DNA of 64,000 nucleotides from Methanomassiliicoccaceae archaeon (GTDB taxonomy: Archaea > Thermoplasmatota > Thermoplasmata > Methanomassiliicoccales > Methanomassiliicoccaceae), in NCBI GenBank assembly GCA_040776945.1, contig JAXGZN010000001.1, positions 288,001 through 352,000 on the forward strand. Reading direction: 5' to 3'. The notes under the pieces were generated by a model. That model saw nothing but the letters and a program-made list of their open reading frames with translations, was not told the DNA's origin and made no database searches. The position numbers and the translations under genes were made by a program. Numbering within the stretch: the stretch's first letter is position 1; the number at the start of each line of letters is the position of its first letter. Below are positions 10,216-20,000 of the stretch, in pieces.

Positions 10216-11323
10216 GGAGCATGAACTCCTCTACCTTTCCCTTCGCTTCCTCACGCTTGAGCTGGTGCTCCTCTATGAACGACACTATGCTGTCGGCCAG
10301 GGACCTCTTGCACTCCCCGCATAGGACCTCCCCCTGACGGCATCGGTCGTAGAGGTCTGCCAGGGCCTTATCGTCCTTCTCGAACAGAAAGAACTTGTAC
10401 TTGTATATGGAGCATACCTCCGGTCTCCCACCGGTCCTCCGCTGCTCCTCCACCGAGACCGCCCCGCCGGTGAACGCGGACATGATCTTCTTCCTCACCA
10501 ACTTAGGCGGGTCGGTGGTGTATATGGTGCTGTTCGGCTGGGACGATGACATCTTATCGGTACCCTGCAGCCCGGGGAACATCTTGTTGTGAAGCAGAGC
10601 AGGCTTGTAATAGCCCAATGTGGGTGCGATGTCCCTGGCGACCCGGAAGTGCGGGTCCTGATCGATGCCGCATGGGATGAGACATGGAACGTTACGTCCC
10701 GCGAGCTCTGAGCCAAGGAAGGCCGGCGCCGCCTGGATGCTGGTATAGAAGATGCTTCCTATGTTGGCGGAGTTGTCGAACCCAAACACTGCCCGTGCGG
10801 TGGAGAAGGTAACCCTCTTGGCGACCTTCAGCGCCAGCGGGTATAGTGAGTGGATGTACTCGGTGTCCACAAGGATCCTGGTGAGATTGGGATCGAACCC
10901 CAGGGCGATGACGTCCAGCAAGTTCTGGTAGGCCATTTCCCGAGTGTCCTTGAGCTCGAGGCCCTCATTGAACAGGTACTTCTCGTCGTCGGTCAGTTGG
11001 AAGTACAGAGGGACCCTGAACGTGTCTTGCAGATACTTGGTGAAGATCCACGGCATCAGATGGCCGAGGTGAGTATGCCCAGATGGTCCCCTCCCAGTGT
11101 AAAGGTAGAAGCGCTCCCCGGCATCATAGCGGTCCAGGATCCAGTCCATGTCCCGATGCGAATAGACCACGCCTCTCCTCAGAAGAGGGTGCAGCTCTCC
11201 GTAGCTCGCCATCCGTTCCAACAGGCCCTGGTCGATTCGCTTGGTGCCGAACTTCTCTACCAGAAGGTCATAGTCGATCTCCCCGCTGACCTCCCAAGGG
11301 GTCACCTTGAACTCTTGGTTCAT
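10196..11323 (-). CDS. trpS: Tryptophanyl-tRNA synthetase
   Basis: VTPWEV, YTGRGPSGHTHLGH, TDDEK, GIDQDPHFR, KMSSS. Start refined to ATG 11323. Confidence 0.97.
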   Translation of the reverse strand: MNQEFKVTPWEVSGEIDYDLLVEKFGTKRIDQGLLERMASYGELHPLLRRGVVYSHRDMDWILDRYDAGERFYLYTGRGPSGHTHLGHLMPWIFTKYLQDTFRVPLYFQLTDDEKYLFNEGLELKDTREMAYQNLLDVIALGFDPNLTRILVDTEYIHSLYPLALKVAKRVTFSTARAVFGFDNSANIGSIFYTSIQAAPAFLGSELAGRNVPCLIPCGIDQDPHFRVARDIAPTLGYYKPALLHNKMFPGLQGTDKMSSSQPNSTIYTTDPPKLVRKKIMSAFTGGAVSVEEQRRTGGRPEVCSIYKYKFFLFEKDDKALADLYDRCRQGEVLCGECKRSLADSIVSFIEEHQLKREEAKGKVEEFMLRDCDGA

Positions 11324-12114
11324 GCCTCGCTCGTGTCGCAAGAGGCCAGGGAATATATCAAGCTTCTCCGAACGGGCCATCCTTCCGGCTTGAGGCCACA
11401 ATACTGGTCCGATGATGGTCCAACGTAGCGATAACGCCCTCTTTCCATGGTCTGCAGCTCAGCGACCGAAAACACTCAGGGATGATGGTGCCCGTATTGG
11501 CCATTGGACGCAGGATGCTCGATGACCGGTCGGCGCGGAGACATGGGGGCAGCGGAGATGATGCTATTTTCCGCCCTGACCTCGTTGCTCCTACATCAGC
11601 ATCGATCGTCATCTACACCGCGAACCATGCGGGCCAATGGACCCTCCGGACAGGCAGCGACGCCCTTGTCAGTGTCCACGAGGGGTTCGAGGCCTTGCAG
11701 ACGGCCAGTGAGGTCGAGGACAACGGGACCATCGTGCATCGCGTTGGTATGAGGTCGGTTATCGGTAATCCAGATATCGTGGCCAAAGGCAAGATGATAA
11801 CACTGAGCATCGACTCCAGAAGCTCATCAGAGGACAGGTAGCTTCCATGCGGGCCTTGGAACATGAAGATCGCATCGACCTAAGGGGGGTGATCGTCGGT
11901 GGGCCGACCATCGGCCCCGGTGACCGGTGACCATGGAAATCGTTCCGAACGTCGTGTTCCAGATCATGGCCGCGGTGACCCCCCCCCATATCCAGGTTCG
12001 CAGCACTATGAGGTTCATATGGTGCCATCGAGCTCCTTGGTTAGGATCAGGACCGTTCCGGACACCATCCGGCGGTCCTCCTCTTCCATCTCGAAAACCG
12101 GTCTTCCGAGGGAG

Positions 12115-12594
12115 CTAGGATAGGAAGGTCCGTGGCCCTACGCTTTCGTTCCCGCATTGTCGCAGCGCCTCATTGACTGCCCTCATCAGGTCCTGCGTCC
12201 GGTATGGGCGATCGAGATAGCCGACTATGCCATGGCAGCATTGCGAAGGGAACGTGGTCCCTCCCAATGTGGCAGTGGATATCAGCACCTTGACCTGGGG
12301 GTCTATCTCCTGAAGCATGACGATCAAGGTACCTCCTCCCAGCTCTAACGGATGGTATACGCCAAGGATGACAAGATCATAACGACGGCCGGCAAGCAAT
12401 GCTCGCTTGTACCTGTCCACCAGCTCTCCGCGGGCCCGAACAGAATCCGCCTCCATGCCCAGCCCTCTGAGCATCTCCCTGGTGACCTCGCGTACGTTCT
12501 CATCATCATCGGCCACGAGAACCCTTGGGGACCTTATCTCCATGCCTTCCATGAATGCCTCCTCGTCCTCGATAGTTGGAGGACGGGGTCTCAA
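12115..12594 (-). CDS. Stand-alone response-regulator receiver domain, degenerate (pseudo-receiver)
   Basis: VLVADDDENVRE..., YDLVILG (phosphoacceptor Asp replaced by Gly), YLDRPY (conserved Lys replaced by Arg). Confidence 0.75.
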   Translation of the reverse strand: MRPRPPTIEDEEAFMEGMEIRSPRVLVADDDENVREVTREMLRGLGMEADSVRARGELVDRYKRALLAGRRYDLVILGVYHPLELGGGTLIVMLQEIDPQVKVLISTATLGGTTFPSQCCHGIVGYLDRPYRTQDLMRAVNEALRQCGNESVGPRTFLS

Positions 12595-12660
12595 AACAAT
12601 CGGACTATCTGCAACCTACGCTTGAAAAACGCGGGAGCATGTCTTAAAACCAACTGGTCA

Positions 12661-12708
12661 GCAATCATTACTGATATTATATGTAATTTTATATATTACA
12701 AATATTTA
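12661..12708 (+). promoter_or_regulatory. AT-rich divergent promoter region with inverted repeat TGTAAT-N7-ATTACA
   Basis: TGTAAT at 12682-12687 and ATTACA at 12695-12700 flank a TTTTATATA TATA-like box, upstream of the E1 gene. Confidence 0.55.
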
Positions 12709-12733
12709 CCTCTGGGCAGCCCTAGGCGATAAT

Positions 12734-13525
12734 ATGACGGTCATACGCCCGGAAGATAGTGACAAGGACCGATGGGGGCGGTCCAGGCTTATCGATTGGC
12801 TGGATATCGAACAGGTGCAGTCAGCACGGTACCTTGTCCTGGGAGCGGGAGCGCTGGGCAACGAGACAATCAAGGGCCTTGTTCTGTCCGGGGCAAGGGA
12901 CATAACCTTGGTGGACATGGACCATGTGGTCCGTTCCAATCTTAGCCGGTGCGTGATGTTCCGCGAGAAGGATGGTGCTGAGAGGCGATGGAAGGCCGAG
13001 GCCGTTGCCGAGCGGGCCATAGAGATCGATCCGGGAGCACGTGTCAGGCCAGTGGTGGGGAGGATCGAGCAGTTGTCAGACGACGAATGGAAGACCTACG
13101 ACGTCGTGCTTGGTTGCCTTGACAACATAGCTGCTAGATTGCATGCGAACTCTCATTCTTACTTTAATGGGGTCCCTTACATCGACGGCGGCACAGAAGG
13201 TGTGGCCGGGCGAGTGCAGACCATAGTGCCACCATTTTCACCGTGCCTGCAGTGCGGCCTCAACCGCAGTCATTACCGCGTGCTGGAGAGACGCCATTCC
13301 TGCACTGGATCAGAACTGACCTACTATCGCCCTGCCATGGCCGCTGAGATCACCACAACCTCGATCATCGCCGCCGTTCAGGTGCTTGAGGCGCTGAAGT
13401 TGGTTTGCGGCAGGTACGATGCCGTGATCAGGAACGTGATGCACTATAACGGACTGAGGAACAGTTGGGACGAACTGGAGTTGTCCATTGAGCCGGCTTG
13501 TCCATTGCATATAAAGACTTCTTAA
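12734..13525 (+). CDS. Ubiquitin-activating enzyme E1 (ThiF/MoeB/Uba family)
   Basis: GAGALG nucleotide motif, VDMDHVVRSNLSR, GCLDNIAAR, IDGGTEG, PCLQC Zn site, putative catalytic Cys190 (HSCT), C-terminal CPLH. Confidence 0.93.
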   Translation: MTVIRPEDSDKDRWGRSRLIDWLDIEQVQSARYLVLGAGALGNETIKGLVLSGARDITLVDMDHVVRSNLSRCVMFREKDGAERRWKAEAVAERAIEIDPGARVRPVVGRIEQLSDDEWKTYDVVLGCLDNIAARLHANSHSYFNGVPYIDGGTEGVAGRVQTIVPPFSPCLQCGLNRSHYRVLERRHSCTGSELTYYRPAMAAEITTTSIIAAVQVLEALKLVCGRYDAVIRNVMHYNGLRNSWDELELSIEPACPLHIKTS

Positions 13526-13596
13526 CACAGTATCAGAATAATTACATGAAGGCATTACCTTTATCGTGAGTAATTAATCATTAAAATTCGATTAAT
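13526..13596 (+). promoter_or_regulatory. AT-rich intergenic region, probable internal promoter for the Ubl-E2-JAMM genes
   Basis: 71 nt, very AT-rich (TAATTAATCATTAAAATTCGATTAAT) directly before the Ubl ATG. Confidence 0.45.
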
Positions 13597-13854
13597 ATGC
13601 CCATCAGGGTAAAGGTCAGAAATGCTGAGACGGGCTCTACCGTCGACATGGAAATGGAGAACGAGAATACCATGGATGAGATCGTGCGGGGCGCTGCCAG
13701 TTTTTGGAACAAGAATCCCGGCGCCTATGTTCTCAGGCGCGGGAAGAGATTGCTGCGCGGATCGCAGACGGTTCTCGAGGTAGGCCTCAAGGACGCGGAT
13801 GAACTGGAACTGATCCCGGACCCCGAAGGTGGATATCGTGCCCCTCCCCAATGA
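13597..13854 (+). CDS. Ubiquitin-like (beta-grasp) protein with di-glycine and 6-aa C-terminal propeptide
   Basis: 85 aa with a beta-grasp pattern (IRVKVRN..TVDMEM..TMDEIV..GKRLL..TVLEVGLKDADELELI). Ends PDPEGG-YRAPPQ. Lies between E1 and E2. Confidence 0.85.
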   Translation: MPIRVKVRNAETGSTVDMEMENENTMDEIVRGAASFWNKNPGAYVLRRGKRLLRGSQTVLEVGLKDADELELIPDPEGGYRAPPQ

Positions 13855-14347
13855 TATTTTGATCGCCAGGCTCAGGAACGAGCTGAAGGCCATCGCCGGC
13901 TATGTCCGGATCGCCCCCGACCTCAGTGACCCTGAGCAGGTGGCGTTCCCTATATGCATAGAGATAGAACTGAACCGCATACCGGCCCACTATGTCGAAG
14001 GCGGCAAGCAAGGAGTCAGGTACTCCCACCGGTTCAGGATGCTTATCGGAAGGGAGTATCCGTACAAGAAGCCAGTCGTAAAGTGGCTGACGCCCATTTT
14101 CCATCCCAACATAATGATGCCCGAAGATGGCGGCCAGGTCTGCACAAGGCTTTTGGAGGATTGGAACTTCAACTCCACTATCATATCGTTCATTAAGGGC
14201 ATGGAGACCTTGATCACGAACCCCAATCCCTCCAGTCCCTTTGGGACGGACAGCTGTACCTCGGCGGCAGAGTACCACAACAAAGGTCCGAGGGTCCTGC
14301 CCCCGTTGGTCCAGGTGCCTCTGCCCCGGGTGGTGAGCCACGGGTGA
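13838..14347 (+). CDS. Ubiquitin-conjugating enzyme E2 (UBC fold)
   Basis: ARLRNEL helix 1, EYPYKKPVVKWLTPIFHPNI, GQVC catalytic Cys, LLEDW, LITNPNPSSP. Track start is 13829; GTG 13838 has an AGGTGG RBS. Confidence 0.92.
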   Translation: MPLPNDILIARLRNELKAIAGYVRIAPDLSDPEQVAFPICIEIELNRIPAHYVEGGKQGVRYSHRFRMLIGREYPYKKPVVKWLTPIFHPNIMMPEDGGQVCTRLLEDWNFNSTIISFIKGMETLITNPNPSSPFGTDSCTSAAEYHNKGPRVLPPLVQVPLPRVVSHG

Positions 14348-15051
14348 GAGGGCCTTCGATCGTGGCCGACCAACAGGCCAATATTAGGGACCTCCCCCCG
14401 CCGGCCCGTGAAAGGACCAGGGCGCACAAGTGGCTTAGCGAGAGGCGGCTGGCAGAGTTCAAGGCAAAGGAAAAGGAGGGCATAGAGCTCTACCTTTCCA
14501 AGCTGGCCGAGGAGAAGATACGCAACCATGCTTTGGCCCATGTCAGGGATCGGAGGGAGGTCATGGGCCTGCTCCTAGGAGGGATCTACCGCCACGACGG
14601 AACCGAATATGCTCTAGTAAGGGATGTGGCCACGACCGATCTGGACGCGACCGACGTCAGCGTAAGGTTCGATCCCCGGGCCTTCGAGAAGCTATTTGTC
14701 CAACTGGATGAGATAGGCTTTCGGTACATAATCGTAGGGTGGTACCACTCCCACCCTTCGTACCATTGTTTTATGTCCTCTACCGATGTGCAGACCCAGC
14801 GAACCTTATTCAACCTCAGGGCGCACTCGGCGCTGGTCATCGATCCGGTGAACAAGGAGATCGAAGCCTTCTTCCTTGACGATGGCAGGGTCCGTTCCCG
14901 CCCTTTCGCCGTGTTCTGGGACCAATTTCAGAGCCCATACTATGGCACATCGGTGCGCATGAGGCAGACCGAGGTCATAGTGAGCGGAGAGATGCTGGAA
15001 CCAGATGACGCCGGCAACGAAGAGCGATCGGGTCTGCGGAATGATGCTTGA
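14344..15051 (+). CDS. JAMM/MPN+ metalloprotease (Rpn11/CSN5-like deubiquitinase)
   Basis: EVMGLLLG, IVGWYHSHPSYHCFMSSTDVQTQ (HxH-x7-S-x2-D), ALVIDP. GTGA overlap with the E2 stop. Confidence 0.93.
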   Translation: MRGPSIVADQQANIRDLPPPARERTRAHKWLSERRLAEFKAKEKEGIELYLSKLAEEKIRNHALAHVRDRREVMGLLLGGIYRHDGTEYALVRDVATTDLDATDVSVRFDPRAFEKLFVQLDEIGFRYIIVGWYHSHPSYHCFMSSTDVQTQRTLFNLRAHSALVIDPVNKEIEAFFLDDGRVRSRPFAVFWDQFQSPYYGTSVRMRQTEVIVSGEMLEPDDAGNEERSGLRNDA

Positions 15052-15073
15052 TCTCCCTGCCCGGGACTGTCGC

Positions 15074-15619
15074 TCAGACCCATATGGCGTGCCTGCGCCT
15101 TAGAGAGGCCTCATTCTGCTCGGTCCTTTCCATTATAAGTGGGATCATCGAATCGAACATGACCAGCGCTGCGTCCTCGAAGATCGTTCCGAGCGGCGCA
15201 AGCCTCTTCTTTTGATCGTCCTTGGTCTGTCCGACCTCCAGGATGATATTTGATGCATGGCCTAGCTTGGAGTTGGGGTTCGAGGTGACCGAGATCACCC
15301 GAGCTCCCACCCTGCGGACGATATTGGCCGTCTGAACTGCGGACATGGTCTCCCCCGTATTGGACACTATGACCACCAGGTCCCCCTCATCCACGAAAGG
15401 GGTGGTCATGTCGCCGACGAAGTGAACGTCGAATCCCATCTGGACCAGCCTGACGGCGAACGCCTGGCCTATCAGGCCGGACCGCCCTACCCCATAGATG
15501 AAGATCTTCTTGGCATCTATGAACTCCTCGATGGTCTGTTTGACGGCCTCAGGGTCCACGTTGGCCAACGCTTCCTTGACGTTCCTCATTATGTAATCCA
15601 AGGATTCTTTCATGGTCAC
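15074..15619 (-). CDS. hxlB: 6-phospho-3-hexuloisomerase (SIS domain)
   Basis: IFIYGVGRSGLIGQAFAVRL, VSNTGET, APLGTIFE. Confidence 0.85.
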   Translation of the reverse strand: MTMKESLDYIMRNVKEALANVDPEAVKQTIEEFIDAKKIFIYGVGRSGLIGQAFAVRLVQMGFDVHFVGDMTTPFVDEGDLVVIVSNTGETMSAVQTANIVRRVGARVISVTSNPNSKLGHASNIILEVGQTKDDQKKRLAPLGTIFEDAALVMFDSMIPLIMERTEQNEASLRRRHAIWV

Positions 15620-16860
15620 CGCTTCTTCTTGGCCGCGGCTGCCGGTCTGGAAGTGGGCTTGGCTGAGACGTTGGACTTGGTCTGGTTCTTCGAAGCGGTC
15701 TTCGACCTCTCGGAGGATTTGGGGGCCGCCTTCTTTTCGGCCTTGGGCCTGGACCGCGGGACCTCGCTCTCATCGACGCCCTCTATTTCCTCGACCAGGC
15801 CATCATAGTCAACCTCTTCCTCCTCTTCCTTGTCCTTCTCGGGCCTCTTGGCCTTGCTCTCCTTAGCCACCCGCTTGGTGAGGACCCGCTCGTAGATGAC
15901 CTTCATATACATGGCGTCGTGCTCGAGGAGCGGAGAGGACGAGATTATTGTTATGTTAGGGTTCTCCTCTGCGAGGTAATCGGCAAGAGGTTCGAACTTG
16001 AGATCGCCCTTCTTGATCGGGGTTATCCTCCGCTCATTCCCTCCCTCATGCTCCACGCCGGAAAAGTGGGTATAGAACTCACCGTCCACGTAATCCCGGA
16101 CCTTATCGAGCAGGGCCCCGAAATCAGAAGGATCGCGGAGGGAGCCGTTGTCACGGGCATGGGCATGGGCGAAGTTGATCACCGGGACCGTTCCCTTTAT
16201 CTGATCGCACATCTCCAAAACCTCATCGAGGGAGCCGAACACCTCCTGCCGGCCACTGGTCTCGAACCCCAAGAGAGGCTTGAGCTTGTTCTCCTCCCAC
16301 CACTCCATTATCGAGGAGATGTTATCTGTAATGTTCTTCTTGGCCTGCTTTTTGGTCTTGTCCGGTGCCAGGCCGAGATGGGTGATGACCATGTTTCCGT
16401 CCATCTGATCGGTCATTATACCTGCCCATCGGATGTTGTCCATGCATCTGGCTGTCAGCTCGGAATTGCTGGCCAGGTCCATGTAATATGGTGTGTGCAT
16501 GGACAGCTGGACATCCATCTCCTTCCCCATCTGCCCCAGTTCGCGGAGCTCTATGAAGTTCTGGGCCAATCCAGATGCCAGAGTGATCAGGGCGTCGTCC
16601 TCTCTGATCCTTTCGGTGGGCTTGGTGATCCTCACCTCCTTCTTGTTCTTCACCCTGACGATCTCCATTATGAGATCGCTCTCCACCTGCAAGGGGGTGA
16701 GCCCCACCTCCTCCTCGTCCGGAAAACGATCGAAGACGTTCACTCTGACCATCTGGACCTCCATTGCGTTCAGACCTAATCCATGTACGTCCTCGATGCC
16801 GTCCCTGAGGGTCCTGCCCTTACAGGAGAGTGGTATGCCTGCTGGACCAAAGCGGATCAT
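15616..16860 (-). CDS. Endonuclease IV / AP endonuclease family 2 TIM-barrel protein with charged C-terminal tail
   Basis: MIRFGPAGIP, SMHTPYYMDL, FETSGRQEVFGSLDE, NFAHAHAR, THFSGVEH, IISSSPLLEHDA. Acidic then Lys/Ser/Ala-rich tail. Confidence 0.85.
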   Translation of the reverse strand: MIRFGPAGIPLSCKGRTLRDGIEDVHGLGLNAMEVQMVRVNVFDRFPDEEEVGLTPLQVESDLIMEIVRVKNKKEVRITKPTERIREDDALITLASGLAQNFIELRELGQMGKEMDVQLSMHTPYYMDLASNSELTARCMDNIRWAGIMTDQMDGNMVITHLGLAPDKTKKQAKKNITDNISSIMEWWEENKLKPLLGFETSGRQEVFGSLDEVLEMCDQIKGTVPVINFAHAHARDNGSLRDPSDFGALLDKVRDYVDGEFYTHFSGVEHEGGNERRITPIKKGDLKFEPLADYLAEENPNITIISSSPLLEHDAMYMKVIYERVLTKRVAKESKAKRPEKDKEEEEEVDYDGLVEEIEGVDESEVPRSRPKAEKKAAPKSSERSKTASKNQTKSNVSAKPTSRPAAAAKKKR

Positions 16861-17046
16861 GATTACACCAATACGCCTAAGTTTCCCCTAAAGAGTTACT
16901 GATTATGGAGATTTGCATATATAATTGCTGTTGAAGAGCGACTACCACTGGAGGGGATGTGGATATAATAAACTTGTCATTCCCGGGGAAAGGGAACCGC
17001 TACACAATCCTTTTGACTTTGCAGCCCTTCACCCGCCTCGGTTGGG

Positions 17047-20000
17047 ATGAGCACTCTGTCAGCGGACACCATAGACGTACGTATCGAAAGATGGAGGAAG
17101 AGCCTGGTGGACACCAGTCTCCGCAATCGGCTGCTGGACGTAAAGGAGAGCCGCCTGGGATGCCTAAGGCTTACCAGTCCGTCGCCCCAGGACATCTGTG
17201 GAGCCCTGGTCGCTTTGAAAGGCACGCTCTTCGTCGAGATCGGCCCAAACGGTTCAGCCTCCTTTTTCTCCCAAGAAGGCCTGTCGCCCCAAAGATCGGC
17301 GGAAGCTCCCAAGGGCGACCGAACGCTTATGATGATGCGTACTAAGGCCCGGGAGGCCATGCGTGAGCAGGGGGTGAACATCCTGTTCCTAACCCTTGGG
17401 ACCCTGGAATGGTCGAGCGAGGGGACCCAGGGGCAGAGGGTCCAATCCCCGTTGGTCCTCGTTCCAGTGGAGATCGGGCGCTCCAGTCCTCTTGATCCCT
17501 ATACTCTGAAGGCCACAGGGGAGGCCATAGGCAATCCGACCCTGGCCCACAAGCTCCGGTCTGAGCTTGGCATCACCCTCCCGGTCCTGCCGGACGGCAC
17601 TCTTGAGCTATCGGCCTACCTTGACACCGTAGCCAATAGCGTCCAGCGTTTCGGTTGGAAGGTGAGCGACAGCTCTTACCTTGGGTTGTTCAAGTTCCCC
17701 AAGATGTGCATGTTCGATGAGCTTGGACAGTACCGGGCAGCAGCGGCCGCTCACCCGGTCATCAGGGCATTGGCAGGGGAGACGGCGAACCTTCAGGCTG
17801 CAACCATCAAGAGCGCCGATGACGGCGTTGACCTGAAGGTACTGGATGCTGACTCCAGTCAGATTGAGGCGATCTCTCTCGCCTTGAGCGGCTCGAGCTT
17901 CGTGCTCCAAGGCCCTCCGGGCACCGGGAAGAGCCAGACCATCACCAACATCATCGCCGAGTCCATCTCCCGGGGACTCACTGTGCTCTTCGTCTCGGAG
18001 AAGATGGCCGCCCTGGAGGTGGTCAAGAAGCGGCTGGACGGTCGAGGTCTGGGAGATTTTTGCTTGGAGCTGCATGACCATGACGGCAGCCGGCAGGCGG
18101 TGGTCGAAGAGCTCTCTCGATGCGTCTTCATGCCTCCCTCCATGGAACAGCCTCTTACAGAAAGAGAGGAACTTGACCATGCCAGATCATATCTGGACGG
18201 TTATGTAGATGCCCTGCACCAGCAGCGCGATGGGATCGGGATCTCGTTCCGCGAACTGCTCTCCGAGCTTGCAGCTCTGCGATCGGCCCCTGATATTTCG
18301 ATGGGCTTCCCAAACCTTGGGCGACTGAGCTGGCGGGAGCTCCCCCCTCTGCTCCCGCTGATCCGTGACCTTGAGAGGTACTCTGCGGTGCTGGCTGCTG
18401 GGACGGACCACCCCTGGTCGGACTGCCTGATCGATTCGTGGAAGCTCAGCTCTCAGACCGAGGTCGTGCACCGCTTGTCGGCCCTAAAACTGGCCAGTGC
18501 CAGGATGAGGGAGGCGGCGGAGCAGTTCTCCCGATCGCTGGACCTTGAGGCCCCGAGCAGCCTGAAAGAGGTTAATGAGATGATCTCCCATCTGCGCGAG
18601 GTAAACCTGACCGCCTACCCTGACGAGAGATGGCTGGAGTCGGACCCCGCGCCCTTGTTCAAGCTTCTCGATGAGACACGTTCTGCGTACCAGGAGCTGG
18701 GAGATCGGATGGCATGGCTCCGCCAGAAGTATCGAGAGGACGTGCTCGCATTGGACCTGCACTCAATGCAGACCAGGTTCGAGAACGACCACCGCGGACC
18801 CATCAGGCGAATGTTCAGCTTCAGCTATCGCCGTGACATGGGCACCCTGCGCAGCCTCAACAGGGCGGCCCGAAAGCTTAACTTCGAAACGGCCAAGGAA
18901 GAGATAGGGGAGATAGTCCGCATATCCCAGTCGATCACTGGCCTGCATGCGATGGAGACGGAATGCGGGGAACGCCTAGGGAAGCACTTCCAGGGAGAGA
19001 ACACCGAGTGGGAGAAGGTGCGGGCAGCGATAAGCTGGACCAAGGACTACTATGACCGCTACGGAACCCCTTCCTCCCCCGGCCTGGTTCGCCTGCTTTG
19101 TTCTGGACCTGAGGTCTTGGTCGGCCTAAAGACCAAGGTGGACGAACTTCAGGACGTGGCGATGCGCATGGAGGAGGCTGTATCTGCTATCACCGAGCGG
19201 TTCCTCATGAGCAGACTGACCGCCGGGCGCACGGTGCATGAGGTGTCCTTCAACGAATTGATCGACTGGGCCCAGGCCCATGTGGAGGCGACGCCCAGGT
19301 TCCAGGAATGGGCCGAGGCCACCCGCGTAAAGAGGGAAGCGGCCGAGAAGGGGTTGGGCGATCTTCTTGTAATGGCCACGCAAGGATCTTTGCCAGACCG
19401 AGGACTGTGGGATGGAGTGAGGAAACGTTACCTGGTCCTGTGGCATGACCTCATAATATCCCGGGACCGTCGCCTCAGGGACTTCGATGGCGAGGCCCAT
19501 GAGCGGACGATAGAAAGGTTCACAGAACTGGACCGCCGGTGCATCGACCAGTCGGCCGGGCGGGCAAGAGCCCTCCTGGAAGCTCGTCGAGCTTCGTTAT
19601 GCGACCTTTCCTCTCCGGAGATGGGGAGCGGACTTTGGGTCCTGAAGCATGAGGTCAGCCGAAAAAGGAACCTCCGACCGATCAGGGAACTCTTCTCACA
19701 GGCCAGCGAGCCGATACAGGCCCTCAAGCCCTGCCTGCTGATGAGCCCCTTATCCGTATCCACCTTCCTGGACCCGTCAAAGGTCAGTTTCGACCTTGTG
19801 ATCTTCGACGAGGCCTCGCAGGTGAGGCCGGAGGACGCCATCGGCTCGATCATGCGGGCCAAGCAGGTCATTGTGGTCGGGGACGGCAAGCAGCTGCCAC
19901 CCACCGACTTCTTCCGGGAGGTCACCGATGAGGAGGAGGACGTCCCTGACCTGGAGAGCATCCTCGACGAGTGTTCATCTGCGATGCCGCAGCACATGCT

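Noticed and set aside
11482-12114. Plus-strand ORFs of 119 aa and 63 aa between trpS and the receiver
   Set aside because: No recognisable motif and they are fragmented. Possibly decayed DNA, but not supportable.
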